Source: an uncultured beta proteobacterium | Lineage (GTDB): Bacteria; Pseudomonadota; Gammaproteobacteria; Burkholderiales; Gallionellaceae | DNA: 64,000 nucleotides | Reading direction: 5' to 3' | NCBI GenBank assembly: GCA_963813255.1 | Contig: CAWEYD010000015.1 | Coordinates: 13,486-77,485, forward strand | Shown: positions 23,017-34,515 of the stretch, one piece after another | Position numbering within the stretch: position 1 is the first letter of the stretch | Layout: every line of letters starts with the position of its first letter | Position numbers and translations under genes: made by a program | Notes under the pieces: generated by a model | The model's input: only the letters and a program-made list of their open reading frames with translations | Databases searched by the model: none | What the model was told of the DNA's origin: nothing

Positions 23017-26000
23017 ATGAGCACCGCACACAAAATCAGGCAAACCGTTTTCGCTTCGGCACTGGCACTGCTGTTCGTGGCGCCGACTGCTCGCGCCGAC
23101 AGCGTGGGCCAGGTGCAGACTACCAAATACTTCGCGCCGGAAACGGTGGCGATGATCAAGCAGCGTGTGATCGATGTCGCGGCCGGCGTGCCGGGCGCGA
23201 CACTGGGCTTCAAGCAGGGCGATACGGTCAGCTACATCATCCAGTTCACGCCGATCGCCAACGGCTCCAACATCGGCGCCGGCGGCTATATCACCGACTA
23301 CATCCCCGCGGGCACACAGGTCACCGGTGCGTGGTTCGTTCAGCCGGATGGCATGGGCGGCTTCTATCAGACCACGCCGCCGGCACCGGCACAGATGGCG
23401 GACGGGTTCGGGGTGGGCGGTGCCGGTGCCTACACCGCAAACTGGACATCCGACCCTTACACCATCAGCACCTGCACCGCGGCTGCGCTGACGCTGGCCA
23501 AATGTACCGGCAACCTGGCACAACTCTACGCGGATACGGGGATCTTCTATTCCACCGACACGCGCACTGCAGTGTTCGTGGATCCCAGCATCGACGGTCG
23601 TACCTGCGCAATGGTCGGCACCGACCGGCAACGGCTATAACGTGTGCCCGACACGCGGCGCCCAACTGGTTCCCTTGATGGGGGGCTTGGTCACCACCTG
23701 TGCGGCTGGCGGATCTTCCACGCACAACTACTGGGATGCAGCCATGACCAGTGCCTATGGCACGTCTGCCGCATTCCTGACCACCCTCGGCACGCTGCCA
23801 CGCAATGCGGGCGTCGCTGCCGTCGACACGAATGGTGCGGGCTTAGCCCCCTTTCAATGCGGGTTCCCCTGTGGCCGGACCGGATACCGGATACCAGCTC
23901 GACTACACCGGCAACATCGGCCCCTGGCAGCGCATCAGCTATCCCGGCTCGATGGTGGGATCCAATGCCTTCACGCTGACCAATCCGGCCAAGGTCGCAG
24001 GAACCAACACCGTGTTGGCAACCTCGACTTCGGCTGGTACCAGCTTCCCGCTCCCGGCATCCACCAATGCCGTGCGCTGGGCGGCAGGGCGTCTGGTGGT
24101 GGGCATGCAAAGCTACGTCAAGATCAACCTCGTGCTGACGTGCAACGCCCCCGGCCAAGCGGCCTGGTCAATAACTCCGAAGTGTTCGGTGGTGACGGAA
24201 GTCCGGAGAGCACGACCGCTTCGACCGGCAACCGCGACAGCGCATGGGTGTATCACGTCCCCAGCGTGGCCAGCAACGTCTCGACCTTGTACATCCTGAA
24301 GGAAGTGGTCTGTGTCTATGACGCGACCGGGTACTTGCGTGCCTAACAACGGCGCGAACCTGCCGACTACCGGCACTCCCATAACGGTGGGTCCCAAGGT
24401 GCGTTACCGCATCGCATACATCAACACCAACAACGGTACGCAGCACAACGTGACGATCTGCGACCAGCTGCCCGCCACCGCAACTGCCATCGCGTTCGCC
24501 ACCGCGGTCAGCCAGATCAGTGCGACCCCCAACATCGGCACACCCACCAGCCCGGCTGCGGCGGCATGCGGATTCGCGGCCGGCGGTACGACGTTCAATT
24601 ACCCCACGATCCCGGTGATCGCGGGCGGCGGTGCCGGGATAATCGAATACGACGTGCAACTGCCCGTGCTCACGGCGGGTACCAGCATCTCGAATGCCGC
24701 GAAAGCAGTCAGTACCGAGATTCCGGCCGGCGTGACCTCGTATGCCCCGTCCAATGTGGTCGCTTCTGCTGCGGCCAATCTGATCATCAACAAGACTGTG
24801 TCGCCGACCACGCCGAACAAAGGTGACACGGTGACCTATACCGTGACCGTCTCCAATACCGGGAGTACGGCTGCGAGCCTGACCACCTTGGTCGATACCC
24901 TGCCGGGGTTAGCCACCGCAGTGGTGGCCAACCAGATACCCAGCCGCTTCAACTATGTGGCAACGAGTTCCCTCACCGTCAATGGAGCGCCCCTGTCCGG
25001 TGTGTCATCAGTGGTGACGCCACCCTTGACGCCGGCGACGATCAACAATGAGGTCGTTACCTGGACCTTTCCATCTGGCACGACCATTCCGGCTGGTGGG
25101 CAGTTGGTGGTGACATTCAGCGCGACGGCAGGCGGACCGTTGGCAACCAATTTGATGGTGTATGGGACAGCCTATAGCAACACGGCGACCATCAACTGTT
25201 CTGCCGCCTGTGTGCTCACACCGGTCGCACCGAATACCGCTACTTCCAAGACCACAGGCTTGACTGCTCCGGTGACACTGACCATCCCGCTCCTGCAGCT
25301 GACCAAGACCATCGATTGCGTATTCGTTGGCGGAGTCTGTACCTCAGGGTCTTACGTGACGGGCAGCAACATCCCGCCCCTGGCCATGCTGCGCTACAAG
25401 ATCGTCTATACGAATCCGGAAGCGGTCGCGCAGACCATTACACTGACCGACACCCTGCCTGCATCGGCCACGGCAGCGGGTAACCTGTATGTCGCCAGCG
25501 GCCCAGACATCCGACCCAGCACGCCCGTGTTGTCGGTGAACACGGCGGCCGCAGGCGCAGCACCTGGGCCGGATGTGGCGCTGACGACGATCGCGGCCAG
25601 CTCGTTGGTGAGCTTTACACCAGTAAGCTTGGCGGGCGGTAGTTCCGGTACCTTGTACATGGATGTGCAGACCAATGCGGCGGCGGCAGCAATAGTTACC
25701 AACACCGCCTCCATCAACAGCGCCGAGCGCATTGCTGCCGGCGGCGCCGGTCTTACAGCGGTGACCAGCCTGGTGAGCGCCACTGCGGCAGCCTTGACCA
25801 TCACCAAGACAGCTAACGTTTCCACGGTTGCACCGGGCGGGGCGGTGATCTACACCATCACCGTGACCAATCCCACTGCAGCGGCCGTGACGCTCACTAA
25901 CCTGGTCGATACTTTGCCCAAACCTTTGCCCAATGTGGCCGGACGGACGATACAGTGCGGTACAACGGCCGCGACCTGTCTGGCGGTGACTACGGTGACG

Positions 26001-29000
26001 CTGAATGGTGTTGCAGTTGTACCCACGATGACGTGGACGGCGGCAACTGCCACCGTCGGACAGAAGAACACATGGACGTTCCCGGCTGCGGCCAAAACTT
26101 TGAACGCCGGTGCGACACTGGTACTGACCTTTACCGCCACCTACAGCGCGACAGTGTTGCCCGGCAATACCTACCTCAATGCCGCCACGCTGACATATAC
26201 GGGGGGCACGGCGGCGACAGGGCCAGTGGCTCCGGTGACCGTGCCTTACAACTCCATCAGCGTGAGCAAGTCGGTGGTCACGCCCAATCCGGCTTCCATC
26301 GCGCCGAACAGCCCGGTGACCTACGCCATCACCGTCGCCAACACGGGCACGACACCGGTCCCGGTGACCAGCGTGGTGGATACATTACCGACAGCACCCT
26401 TGGGCACGGGAGCGATCGCCTACACTTCGACCACATCGGTGATGAATGGTGTGACACCGCTGGCCGTGGTCCCAACCTTGCTGCCGGCTACCGCCGTTGC
26501 AGGTACGGCGCAAGCGGTGACCTGGACACTTCCTGCGGCGACAACGATCCCGGTGGGCGGCTCCATCGTCATCACTTTCGTGGCGACCTATGGCGCTGTT
26601 CCGACTGGCGTGACTTATTACAACGATGTGAAGGTCAATTACACCGGAGGGCAGACAGCCAGCGTCACCATGCAGAACCTGGCACCGGTCACCGTGCCCG
26701 CGATCTCGAAGATCACCAAGACCATCGATTGCGTGTACGTGGGATTGGTCTGCACTCCCGGCAGCTACGTGGACGGGACGCCTATCCCGGTGAACGCCAA
26801 ACTGGGCTACAAGATCGTCTACGAGAACCTGTCCGCACTGGCAGCCAGCGGCATCACAATCACCGACATCCTGCCGACCCAGACCGCCGCCAATCCGATC
26901 AGCAACCTGATCGTGAACGGCGTGGCTGCGGTGGCACCCGCCGCGGCAGCGGGCGGTGCGACCGCGACCTTGCTGACCGCCGGGACGCTGACCGCAGCGA
27001 ATACGCCAGGTTCGACCGGCACCATCACCTTCGATGTACAGACAACGGCGACCGTGGGCGCAGGGGTGACCAACACCGGCAAGATGGTGAGCACTCAGGA
27101 CCCGATGGGCGCGACCAGCTCCGCTACGGCAGCGGCGGCAGGCGGCAACCTGACGGTGACCAAGGCGGTCACGTCGGGTACCTCTTCCACGGTGGCGCAG
27201 GGCGGCATCGCGTCGTACACCATCACCGTCGTCAACAACGGATCGGCGGCGGCCACCCTGAACACTCTGGCGGACACCTTGCCCGGCACGCCCGCTGTTG
27301 CACCGGGCACCACCAGCCGCTTCACTTACACTGCGACTGGCGCGATCACCCTCAACGGCGCACCTGTCGTTCCAGTCTATACGGCGGTGGTGACTGCGCC
27401 TGCAGCACCCGCCACGCTGAACAAAGAAATAGTAAGTTGGACATTCACAGGCGGTGTGGTCATCCCCGCCGGACAGACTTTCACGCTCACCTTTACGGCC
27501 ACGGTGGGAACGCTGGTGTCCAAAGGCTTGGCCGCACCCGGTGCGACCTACTACAACGATGTGACGGCGAATTACTCCGGCGGCGCATTCACCAGTGCGA
27601 TGGCGAATGGACAGGCCCCGGTGCTGGTACCGTTCTATACACTGACGATGAACAAGACCATCGATTGCGTGTATGACACTTTGGGGGTCTGCCAGCCATA
27701 CACCGGTATGCCTGTCCCGCCCAGTGCGAAACTGCGTTACCTGTTGTCGTACAGCAATCTGTCTTCATTGGCGCAAACCGTGACCGTCAAAGATACCCTG
27801 CCGGCATCGGCCACGGCGGCGGGCAACCTGTATGTGGGTAGCGGCCCGGATGTGCGCCCGAGCGTGCCGGCCTTGTCGGTGAATGCCGCTGCAGCCGGTG
27901 TCGCGCGCGGGCCGGATGTGGCGCTCACCACCCCCATCACACCTGCCACTCCCGTTGCCATGACTGCAGTCAGCTTGCCCGCGAACAGCTCCGGCAGTCT
28001 GTACATCGATGTGCAGACCAATGCGCTGGCGGGTACCTCCGTCGCCAACTGTGCCTCAATCAGTACCATTGCGACTGACACCTGTGCCACCGTGGGTTCG
28101 CTATCCATGGTGAGCAGCACCGCGACTGCGAGCGTGCAGAACGTGGCTGTGCTGAGCATCAGCAAGACCACCAGTACGCCCAGCGTCGTGCCAGGCGGGA
28201 CGGCGACCTACACCATCAGCATCACCAACACCGGCACTGCCCCCACCTCTACGCTCAAGGTGTACGACTTCCTGCCTTATAGCGGTTTTGCGGTGGATGC
28301 GACCAAGCGGCTCGTCTATGTGGCCAATTCCTCAACCTTTAGCGCAGGCTTGCCGGTGCCGACCATCACCACGTCAGTGGCACCGACCATCCCGCCCTAT
28401 GCCAGCAACATGAACCAGCAACAAGTGTTGTGGGACTTCGGCAACTACGCATTGGCAGTCGGCGCGACGGTGAGCATCACCTTCAATGCGACGGTGGGTT
28501 CCGCCATGCCGGCGGTGAGTTACTACAACAGCGCACGCTACGAGTACACCAGCGGCGGCATCTTCTTCAACGGCAACCTCAATACCGCTGCCCTGATCAC
28601 CGTGACAAATGCACAGCCCTCACTGATGTTCCTCAAGACGGTCATGGTGCATTCCGACCCGGTGAACGGAACGACCAATCCGAAATACATTCCGGGCGCG
28701 CTGGCGGGCTATACCCTGGTGGCGACCAACTCCGGGACAGGCTCGGTGGACAACAACTCGCTGGTGATCACCGATGCTGTTCCCGCCAACACAGCGCTGT
28801 TCGTGAAGGACCTTGGGGCTGCCGGCTCGGGGCCGGTATTGTTCACCCAGGGGGCGACCAGCAGCACGCTGAGCTACACCTACACTGCGCTGGGCGATGC
28901 GGCGGATGACATCGACTTCTACGGCGGTGCGACGCCGGCATGGGGCTACGTGCCCGTTCCGGGTGCGGACGGTTGCGACCCGCTGGTCAGCAACATCCGT

Positions 29001-29084
29001 ATCAATCCCAAGGGCACGTTTGTCGGTAATCCCACAGCGCCCAGCCCCAGTTTCAATTTGAATTTCCGTGTTTGTGTGAAGTAA
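23017..29084 (+). CDS. Giant (~2,020 aa) DUF11-repeat adhesin, frameshifted in the 5' part
   Basis: Signal peptide ..TARA. About 11 domains with K-T..PG..Y.I...N..D-T-L-P..N-x-A pattern. Pieces come from ORFs 22999, 23642, 23871 and 24312. Confidence 0.85.
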
Positions 29085-29105
29085 TTACTAAGCGAGGCAT
29101 CCACC

Positions 29106-30053
29106 ATGAATAAGCTGACCCTCTCACTTCTGACCGCTGCCCTGTTCGGCTGCATTGCATCCGCAGCCGCAGACGAGTTGCTGCCCAAGGATCTGCAGAA
29201 CATCGAAGCCCTGCAGCGCCGGGCCGACCAGATGGCATTCGGCGAGACAGGCTCGGACAATTATTACCTCGCCAAGGCGCGCACCTGGCTGGATATGGCG
29301 CTGAGCGAATACCACCAGAAGGACACTACTGGCACCGTACTCGCGGCGACCGCGCAGGCCGCGGGATTGCTCGATGCCCTGGAAAAGAACCAGACCGACA
29401 TCAGCCGCGATACGCCCAAGACCATCCAGGGCAGCGAAGTGGTGCGCACCGACCTGTGGGAAAAGATCGCCACGCTGAAGAGCCAGCCGAAATTCTCCTG
29501 TGGACAGACGCAGTTGGCCGAGGCCGAGGTGTATCTGGTGTGGACCGGGCATGAGAAGGTGGAATCCGGCTGGGCGCATGCGGAATCCTATGCACGCAGT
29601 GCAGAGAACCTGATCTATGAGGCGCAGGTCAAGATCGACAACTGTGCCCGTGTGCCCGAACAGCGCAAGACAGAGAAGTTCTCGCTCTCCGGCGATGCAC
29701 TGTTCGTCTTCGGCGGTGACAAGCTGACCAGCGGCGCGGAAGCCAGCCTGGACAAGCTGGCCGAGAACATCAAGGGCTGGACCTCCATCGAGCTGGTGGA
29801 CCTCGTCGGGCATACCGACCGCCTGCGCAGCGATCGAAACGAGAAGAAGAACAAGGAACTCTCTGTGCACCGCGCAGAGCGCATCAAACAATATCTGGTG
29901 AGCAAGGGCATCCCCGCAGACAAGATCCAGACGCACGGCGCCGGCTCGACCAAGCCCGTCGTGACTTGCCCAAGCAAGCTGGACAGGGAAGCGCTGGTGA
30001 GCTGCCTGCAACCGAACCGCCGCGTGGAGATCACGCTGCGCGGGGAGAAATAA
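29106..30053 (+). CDS. OmpA-C domain periplasmic peptidoglycan-binding protein
   Basis: Signal peptide, helical N-terminal domain, LSGDALF..GHTDR..N..LS..RA..C..C LQPNRRVEI. Confidence 0.9.
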   Translation: MNKLTLSLLTAALFGCIASAAADELLPKDLQNIEALQRRADQMAFGETGSDNYYLAKARTWLDMALSEYHQKDTTGTVLAATAQAAGLLDALEKNQTDISRDTPKTIQGSEVVRTDLWEKIATLKSQPKFSCGQTQLAEAEVYLVWTGHEKVESGWAHAESYARSAENLIYEAQVKIDNCARVPEQRKTEKFSLSGDALFVFGGDKLTSGAEASLDKLAENIKGWTSIELVDLVGHTDRLRSDRNEKKNKELSVHRAERIKQYLVSKGIPADKIQTHGAGSTKPVVTCPSKLDREALVSCLQPNRRVEITLRGEK

Positions 30054-30362
30054 CAACAAACACTCATCGATCAATGGCCAAACTGGGTCATTCCGGACAG
30101 CCCTCTTCCAACTTTCCCCCTGAGGAGGAAAGAGTAATCGCCTCCTCTCCCTCCAGGAGATAACCAGCGACTTGCCCGCTTGCGGGCTTAGTCGAATGGC
30201 TAGTAGTTCCATCAGGATTGAGGTGAGGGTCAGCCGGAATCCGGAATCAAAGGGGGCTGCGTCTCAATACTGCAGGCTAGGCTATGAACAGTTTCAGCTG
30301 CCTCATTTCCCCATAGACACTACAATCCCTCCACCTCGAACTTCACACCAAGAAGGATGCGC

Positions 30363-31667
30363 ATGAGATTCAGTTCGTTCCTGGCGTTGACGCTGTTCTG
30401 CGCCAACGCTTCGCTGGCAGCATCTGCCGAAGACATATCCGAATTACCTACGCCGTCCTCTTCCGCCCAACGTCTCTATTCGCAAGCCAAGGCCGATATC
30501 GTGCAGTTGCGTTCGCTGTTGAAGAACGGGCGCACGCAGTCGTCGGTGGGTTCGGGCTTTCTGATCGGAAAGGGCAATCTGGTGGTGACGAATTACCACG
30601 TGATGTCGCAGATCGCGCTGGAGCCGGATACCTATGTGGGCGAGTATGTAGATACTTACGGCAAGCGCGGGGCGGTGGAGTTGCTGGCGGTGGATGTGCT
30701 GCACGATCTGGCGGTGGTGCGCATCGAGCGCAACGGCGGCGGGTTTTTCAATGTGCCGGACAAGTTGCCAGAGCTGACACAGGGGCAGTATCTGTATTCG
30801 CTTGGCAATCCGCTCGATCTCGGCTTCGCAATCTCGGAAGGTGCCTATAACGGCGTCATCAAGCGCAGCTTCTATGGTGAGCTGATGTTCACCGGTCCCA
30901 TCAACGCGGGGATGAGCGGCGGCCCCGGGCTGACGGTGGATGGCCGCGTGGCGGGGGTGAACGTCTCGCACCGGCTGGATGGCGAACTGGTGAGTTTTCT
31001 GGTGCCGGTGCGTTATGTGCGCGACCTGTTGAAGAAGATCGCCGCGCAGAAAGAGACCCCCAAGGATTTCAAGCTGGTGGTGGGGCAGCAGTTGCTGGAG
31101 CATCAGGCGACGATGATGTCCAAGCTGGCTGAGACGCCGCTGACCTTCAAGGAATTGAATCCGTATCGCGTGCCGGTGTGGGAGTCGGATCAGGTGCGCT
31201 GCTGGGGTAGCGCCAACAGCAAGCAGAGCAAGTCGTATGCGTTCGATCAGGTGAACTGCGCGATGGAGTCGGCGCTGTATGTGTCCAACCAGACGCAGAC
31301 CGGGCATATCTCCATCCATCACAAGCTGCTGCAAAGCAGTGAGTTGGGGGAACTGCGTTTTGCTGCGTTGGCGAGCCGGATGTTCAACAACCAGGGCATC
31401 GGCGGACACAAGGACTCGCGCTACACGCCGCCGCGCTGTGTCGAGCAGTTCGTGAGCAACGGCAGACTGCCGATGCGCGCTGTGCTGTGCACGCGCGCCT
31501 ATCGCAAGTTCGCCGGGCTGTACGATTTCACGCTGCTCATCGCCAGCACGGATAGCGGGCAGACGAGTCTGCAGAGCCGCGTGGACATCAGCGGGGTGGA
31601 CTACGAGAACGGTTTGCGCATTTCGCGCATCTTCCTTGAGAAGACGGATCGGGAGGTGAAGCCATGA
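30363..31667 (+). CDS. Secreted trypsin-like (S1) serine protease with uncharacterised C-terminal domain
   Basis: Catalytic triad motifs TNYHV, HDLAV and GMSGGP; signal peptide; no PDZ domain. Confidence 0.9.
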   Translation: MRFSSFLALTLFCANASLAASAEDISELPTPSSSAQRLYSQAKADIVQLRSLLKNGRTQSSVGSGFLIGKGNLVVTNYHVMSQIALEPDTYVGEYVDTYGKRGAVELLAVDVLHDLAVVRIERNGGGFFNVPDKLPELTQGQYLYSLGNPLDLGFAISEGAYNGVIKRSFYGELMFTGPINAGMSGGPGLTVDGRVAGVNVSHRLDGELVSFLVPVRYVRDLLKKIAAQKETPKDFKLVVGQQLLEHQATMMSKLAETPLTFKELNPYRVPVWESDQVRCWGSANSKQSKSYAFDQVNCAMESALYVSNQTQTGHISIHHKLLQSSELGELRFAALASRMFNNQGIGGHKDSRYTPPRCVEQFVSNGRLPMRAVLCTRAYRKFAGLYDFTLLIASTDSGQTSLQSRVDISGVDYENGLRISRIFLEKTDREVKP

Positions 31668-32647
31668 ACGCGCCTTTCTTCGTCGAGATTCTGAACCGCA
31701 GCGGCGAGGTGCGCCATCGCCAGCGCGTGGAGAACCTGCCCATCCGCATCGGGCGCGGCTACGACAATGATGTCATCATCGACGACCGCCACACCTCGCC
31801 GCACCATGTGGTCGTCGACTGCAACGAGGCGGGCAGTCTGGATGTGCTCGATCTGGGCAGCCGCAACGGTGTGGTGCACAAGGGAAAGCGCACGGAACGC
31901 CTCGATATCGACGGCAACACGGTGTTCCGTTTGGGGCACACCAATCTGCGTGTACGCTCGGCGGTTTTTTCTGTGGCAGACGAGATGCGCGATACCACCT
32001 ACCACGGCTGGGAAGGCTGGCCGCCTGCCGTGGCCGGGCTGATGCTGCTGGCCTTGCTGTCGCTGTTCAGCAGCTGGCTGACCGATGTGGACAAGATGGA
32101 AGCCATCCGCTACGTCACTGCGATGGTGGGAGTCATCAGCCTCGGTCTGCTGTGGAGCGGCGGCTGGACGCTGGCCAACCGCATCTTTGCCGGGCAGACA
32201 CGCTTCGGTCGGCACCTCTTCATCGCCGGCTGCGGGGTGCTGGTGCTGGAACTGGCATCGCTGGTGCTGTCGCCGTTGGCGTATGCGCTGTCGCTGGAAG
32301 CGTTGTCCCGCTACGGCAACCATATCGTGATCGCCATCGCGGCGGGGGTGATGTATTTCCATCTCATCACCATCAGTCCCGCCAATGCCAGACGCCATGC
32401 GTTTACGGCCGGGTTCCTGCTGCTGTTGGGTTCCGGGTTGACGCTGGCATTCAATTACCAGAATCGCGGCGCTTTCTCGGAGGAGTTGTTCATGAGCGAA
32501 CTCTATCCGCCGTCACTGCGCCTGACTTCAGACCACACGGTGGACCAGTTCCTCGCAGCATCGCAGAAGCTCAAGGCGGGCATAGACGAAGAGCGCGCAG
32601 CCTTGCGCAGCGAAGACGGCGAAGAGGACGACGGTGAGTTTGACTGA
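31664..32647 (+). CDS. FHA domain-containing membrane protein
   Basis: IGRGYDND..S..H..DLGSRNG FHA signature, then about 5 TM segments. Overlaps the protease stop (ATGA). Confidence 0.88.
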   Translation: MNAPFFVEILNRSGEVRHRQRVENLPIRIGRGYDNDVIIDDRHTSPHHVVVDCNEAGSLDVLDLGSRNGVVHKGKRTERLDIDGNTVFRLGHTNLRVRSAVFSVADEMRDTTYHGWEGWPPAVAGLMLLALLSLFSSWLTDVDKMEAIRYVTAMVGVISLGLLWSGGWTLANRIFAGQTRFGRHLFIAGCGVLVLELASLVLSPLAYALSLEALSRYGNHIVIAIAAGVMYFHLITISPANARRHAFTAGFLLLLGSGLTLAFNYQNRGAFSEELFMSELYPPSLRLTSDHTVDQFLAASQKLKAGIDEERAALRSEDGEEDDGEFD

Positions 32648-32756
32648 CGCCAGGTCCCGCCCGAATGGCCGATGTCGCAAGATCAACAAACAATCGGAAA
32701 TAGACCACCTTTCCAGCTATCCGTAGCACCCCGCAATCTGACGAATCCCGATCGAC

Positions 32757-33452
32757 TCAGGGTATCTCCGCGTACGGCATGCGGTCGAGGATGACGATGG
32801 TCTTGGCGAGCATGCCGCGCGCTTCGCGGTGTTTGTCGTAGTAGCGCGGGTTGGGCACCATGGCGGCGAGCTTGGCGGCCTGTTCCTGAGAAAGCTGTGA
32901 GGCGCTGACGCCGAAGTAATGGCGCGCTGCTGCTTCTGCACCGAACACGCCGTTGCCCCATTCGATGACGTTCAGGTAGATCTCGAAGATGCGTTGCTTG
33001 TCCATCACCGCTTCCAGCATCAGGGTGATGATGACCTCTTCGCCCTTGCGCCACGGCGTGCGTTTGGTGGAGAGGAACAGGTTCTTGGCCAGTTGCTGGC
33101 TGATGGTGGAGCCGCCGGCGACGATCTTGCCTTTCTTCAGGTTCTTCTCATACGCCTTCTGGATGCCTTCCCAGTCGAAGCCCTCGTGATCGACGAACTT
33201 CGCGTCTTCGGAAGCGATGAGCGCGCGTTTGAGGTTGTTGGAGATCTTGGCGTAGGGAACCCATTTGTATTGCAGCTCGGCTTTGGGGTTCTTGTCCTGC
33301 ATCACTTCCAGCCGGTCTTCCATGAAGGCGCTGGTGGCGGGATTGAACTTGATCCACCAGCAGACATGCGCGAACAGCCACAGCTGGTAGAGCACCAGCA
33401 GCAGGAAGAGCGCGAGCAGCACGCGCCAGACCAGGCTCTTCACCCTTTTCAT
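32757..33452 (-). CDS. mtgA: Monofunctional biosynthetic peptidoglycan transglycosylase
   Basis: ASEDAKF..HEGFD, GGSTISQQLAKNLFL, RKGEE, EIYLN. Confidence 0.96.
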   Translation of the reverse strand: MKRVKSLVWRVLLALFLLLVLYQLWLFAHVCWWIKFNPATSAFMEDRLEVMQDKNPKAELQYKWVPYAKISNNLKRALIASEDAKFVDHEGFDWEGIQKAYEKNLKKGKIVAGGSTISQQLAKNLFLSTKRTPWRKGEEVIITLMLEAVMDKQRIFEIYLNVIEWGNGVFGAEAAARHYFGVSASQLSQEQAAKLAAMVPNPRYYDKHREARGMLAKTIVILDRMPYAEIP

Positions 33453-34255
33453 TTGCGCAACGCTTCAAGCACGGATTTGGTATCCGGGCGCACACCGCGC
33501 CACAAATCGAAGGCCACGGCGCCCTGTTCCACCAGCATGCCCAGGCCGTCGGCGACGACGGCCGCACCTTGCCTGCGGGCGTAGGCCATGAACGGTGTCT
33601 CGCGCCCGTACATCATGTCGTAGGCCAGCGCGCCCGGTTTGAACAAGCCTTCCGGCAGCGGCGGCAGTTCGTCGCGCAGCCCACTGGAAGTCGCGTTGAT
33701 GACGATGTCATAGCTGCGGCCCGGCAGGTCCTCATAGCGGCGCGTGCGGACCGAGCAGGGACCTTCGAACTCCCTGACCAGCGCCTGCGCCTTCTCCATG
33801 TTGCGGTTGGCGACCTCGATGCTGACGCCGGTATTGAACAAAGGCCACATCACGCCGGCGGCCGCACCGCCTGCGCCGAGCAGAAGCACGTCTTTCCACA
33901 TCATCTCGATGCCAAGATTCTGCTGGATGTCGAGCACAAGGCCCGGGCCGTCGGTGTTGGTGCCGAGTATCTTGCCGTCGCGGAAGATCAGGGTATTGAC
34001 GGCCTTGGCATCTACCGCACGCTGTCCCAGTTCGTCGCAGAGCTGATAGGCCTCGAACTTGAACGGCACGGTCACGTTGCAGCCCTTGTAGCCCTGGTCA
34101 CGCAGGCGTTTGACGGTTGCGGCGAAGCCGTCCAGTGGCGCTTCTATCGCTTCGTAGCTCATGTCCTGTCCGGTCTGTTCGGCGAACATCTTGTGGATGA
34201 GCGGCGATTTGCTGTGCGAGATGGGATTGCCGATCACGGCGTACTTGTCGGTCAT
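33449..34255 (-). CDS. aroE: Shikimate dehydrogenase
   Basis: GNPISHSKSP, NVTVPFK, AVNT, NTDG, GAGGAA, DGLGMLVEQ. Confidence 0.97.
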   Translation of the reverse strand: MTDKYAVIGNPISHSKSPLIHKMFAEQTGQDMSYEAIEAPLDGFAATVKRLRDQGYKGCNVTVPFKFEAYQLCDELGQRAVDAKAVNTLIFRDGKILGTNTDGPGLVLDIQQNLGIEMMWKDVLLLGAGGAAAGVMWPLFNTGVSIEVANRNMEKAQALVREFEGPCSVRTRRYEDLPGRSYDIVINATSSGLRDELPPLPEGLFKPGALAYDMMYGRETPFMAYARRQGAAVVADGLGMLVEQGAVAFDLWRGVRPDTKSVLEALRK

Positions 34256-34515
34256 GCTGGTACCAAAGGCGTTAAAAACAGAGAGCGCGGATTATAGCGG
34301 ATGCGTGCGTTTGCCTTGCGGTTAGCGGCAAACACGACCTCCGGCCCGCCGGGCGGATGGTTGGTCAGTCAGCACCCGCTTACTGTGGTGGTGGGAAAGC
34401 GGCGGCCCATACGAATCTGTACGGATTGTTCGCTGGCAGACATACACCTGATACATGTTGTGAGTTAAATGGGTGCTGTGCTTCGCGGCACGTTATTCAA
34501 CCTAGGAGAGCGATT

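Noticed and set aside
30095-30235. Degenerate CCCTCTCCC/GGAGAGG-type REP-like remnant
   Set aside because: Too degenerate to define arms or boundaries by eye.
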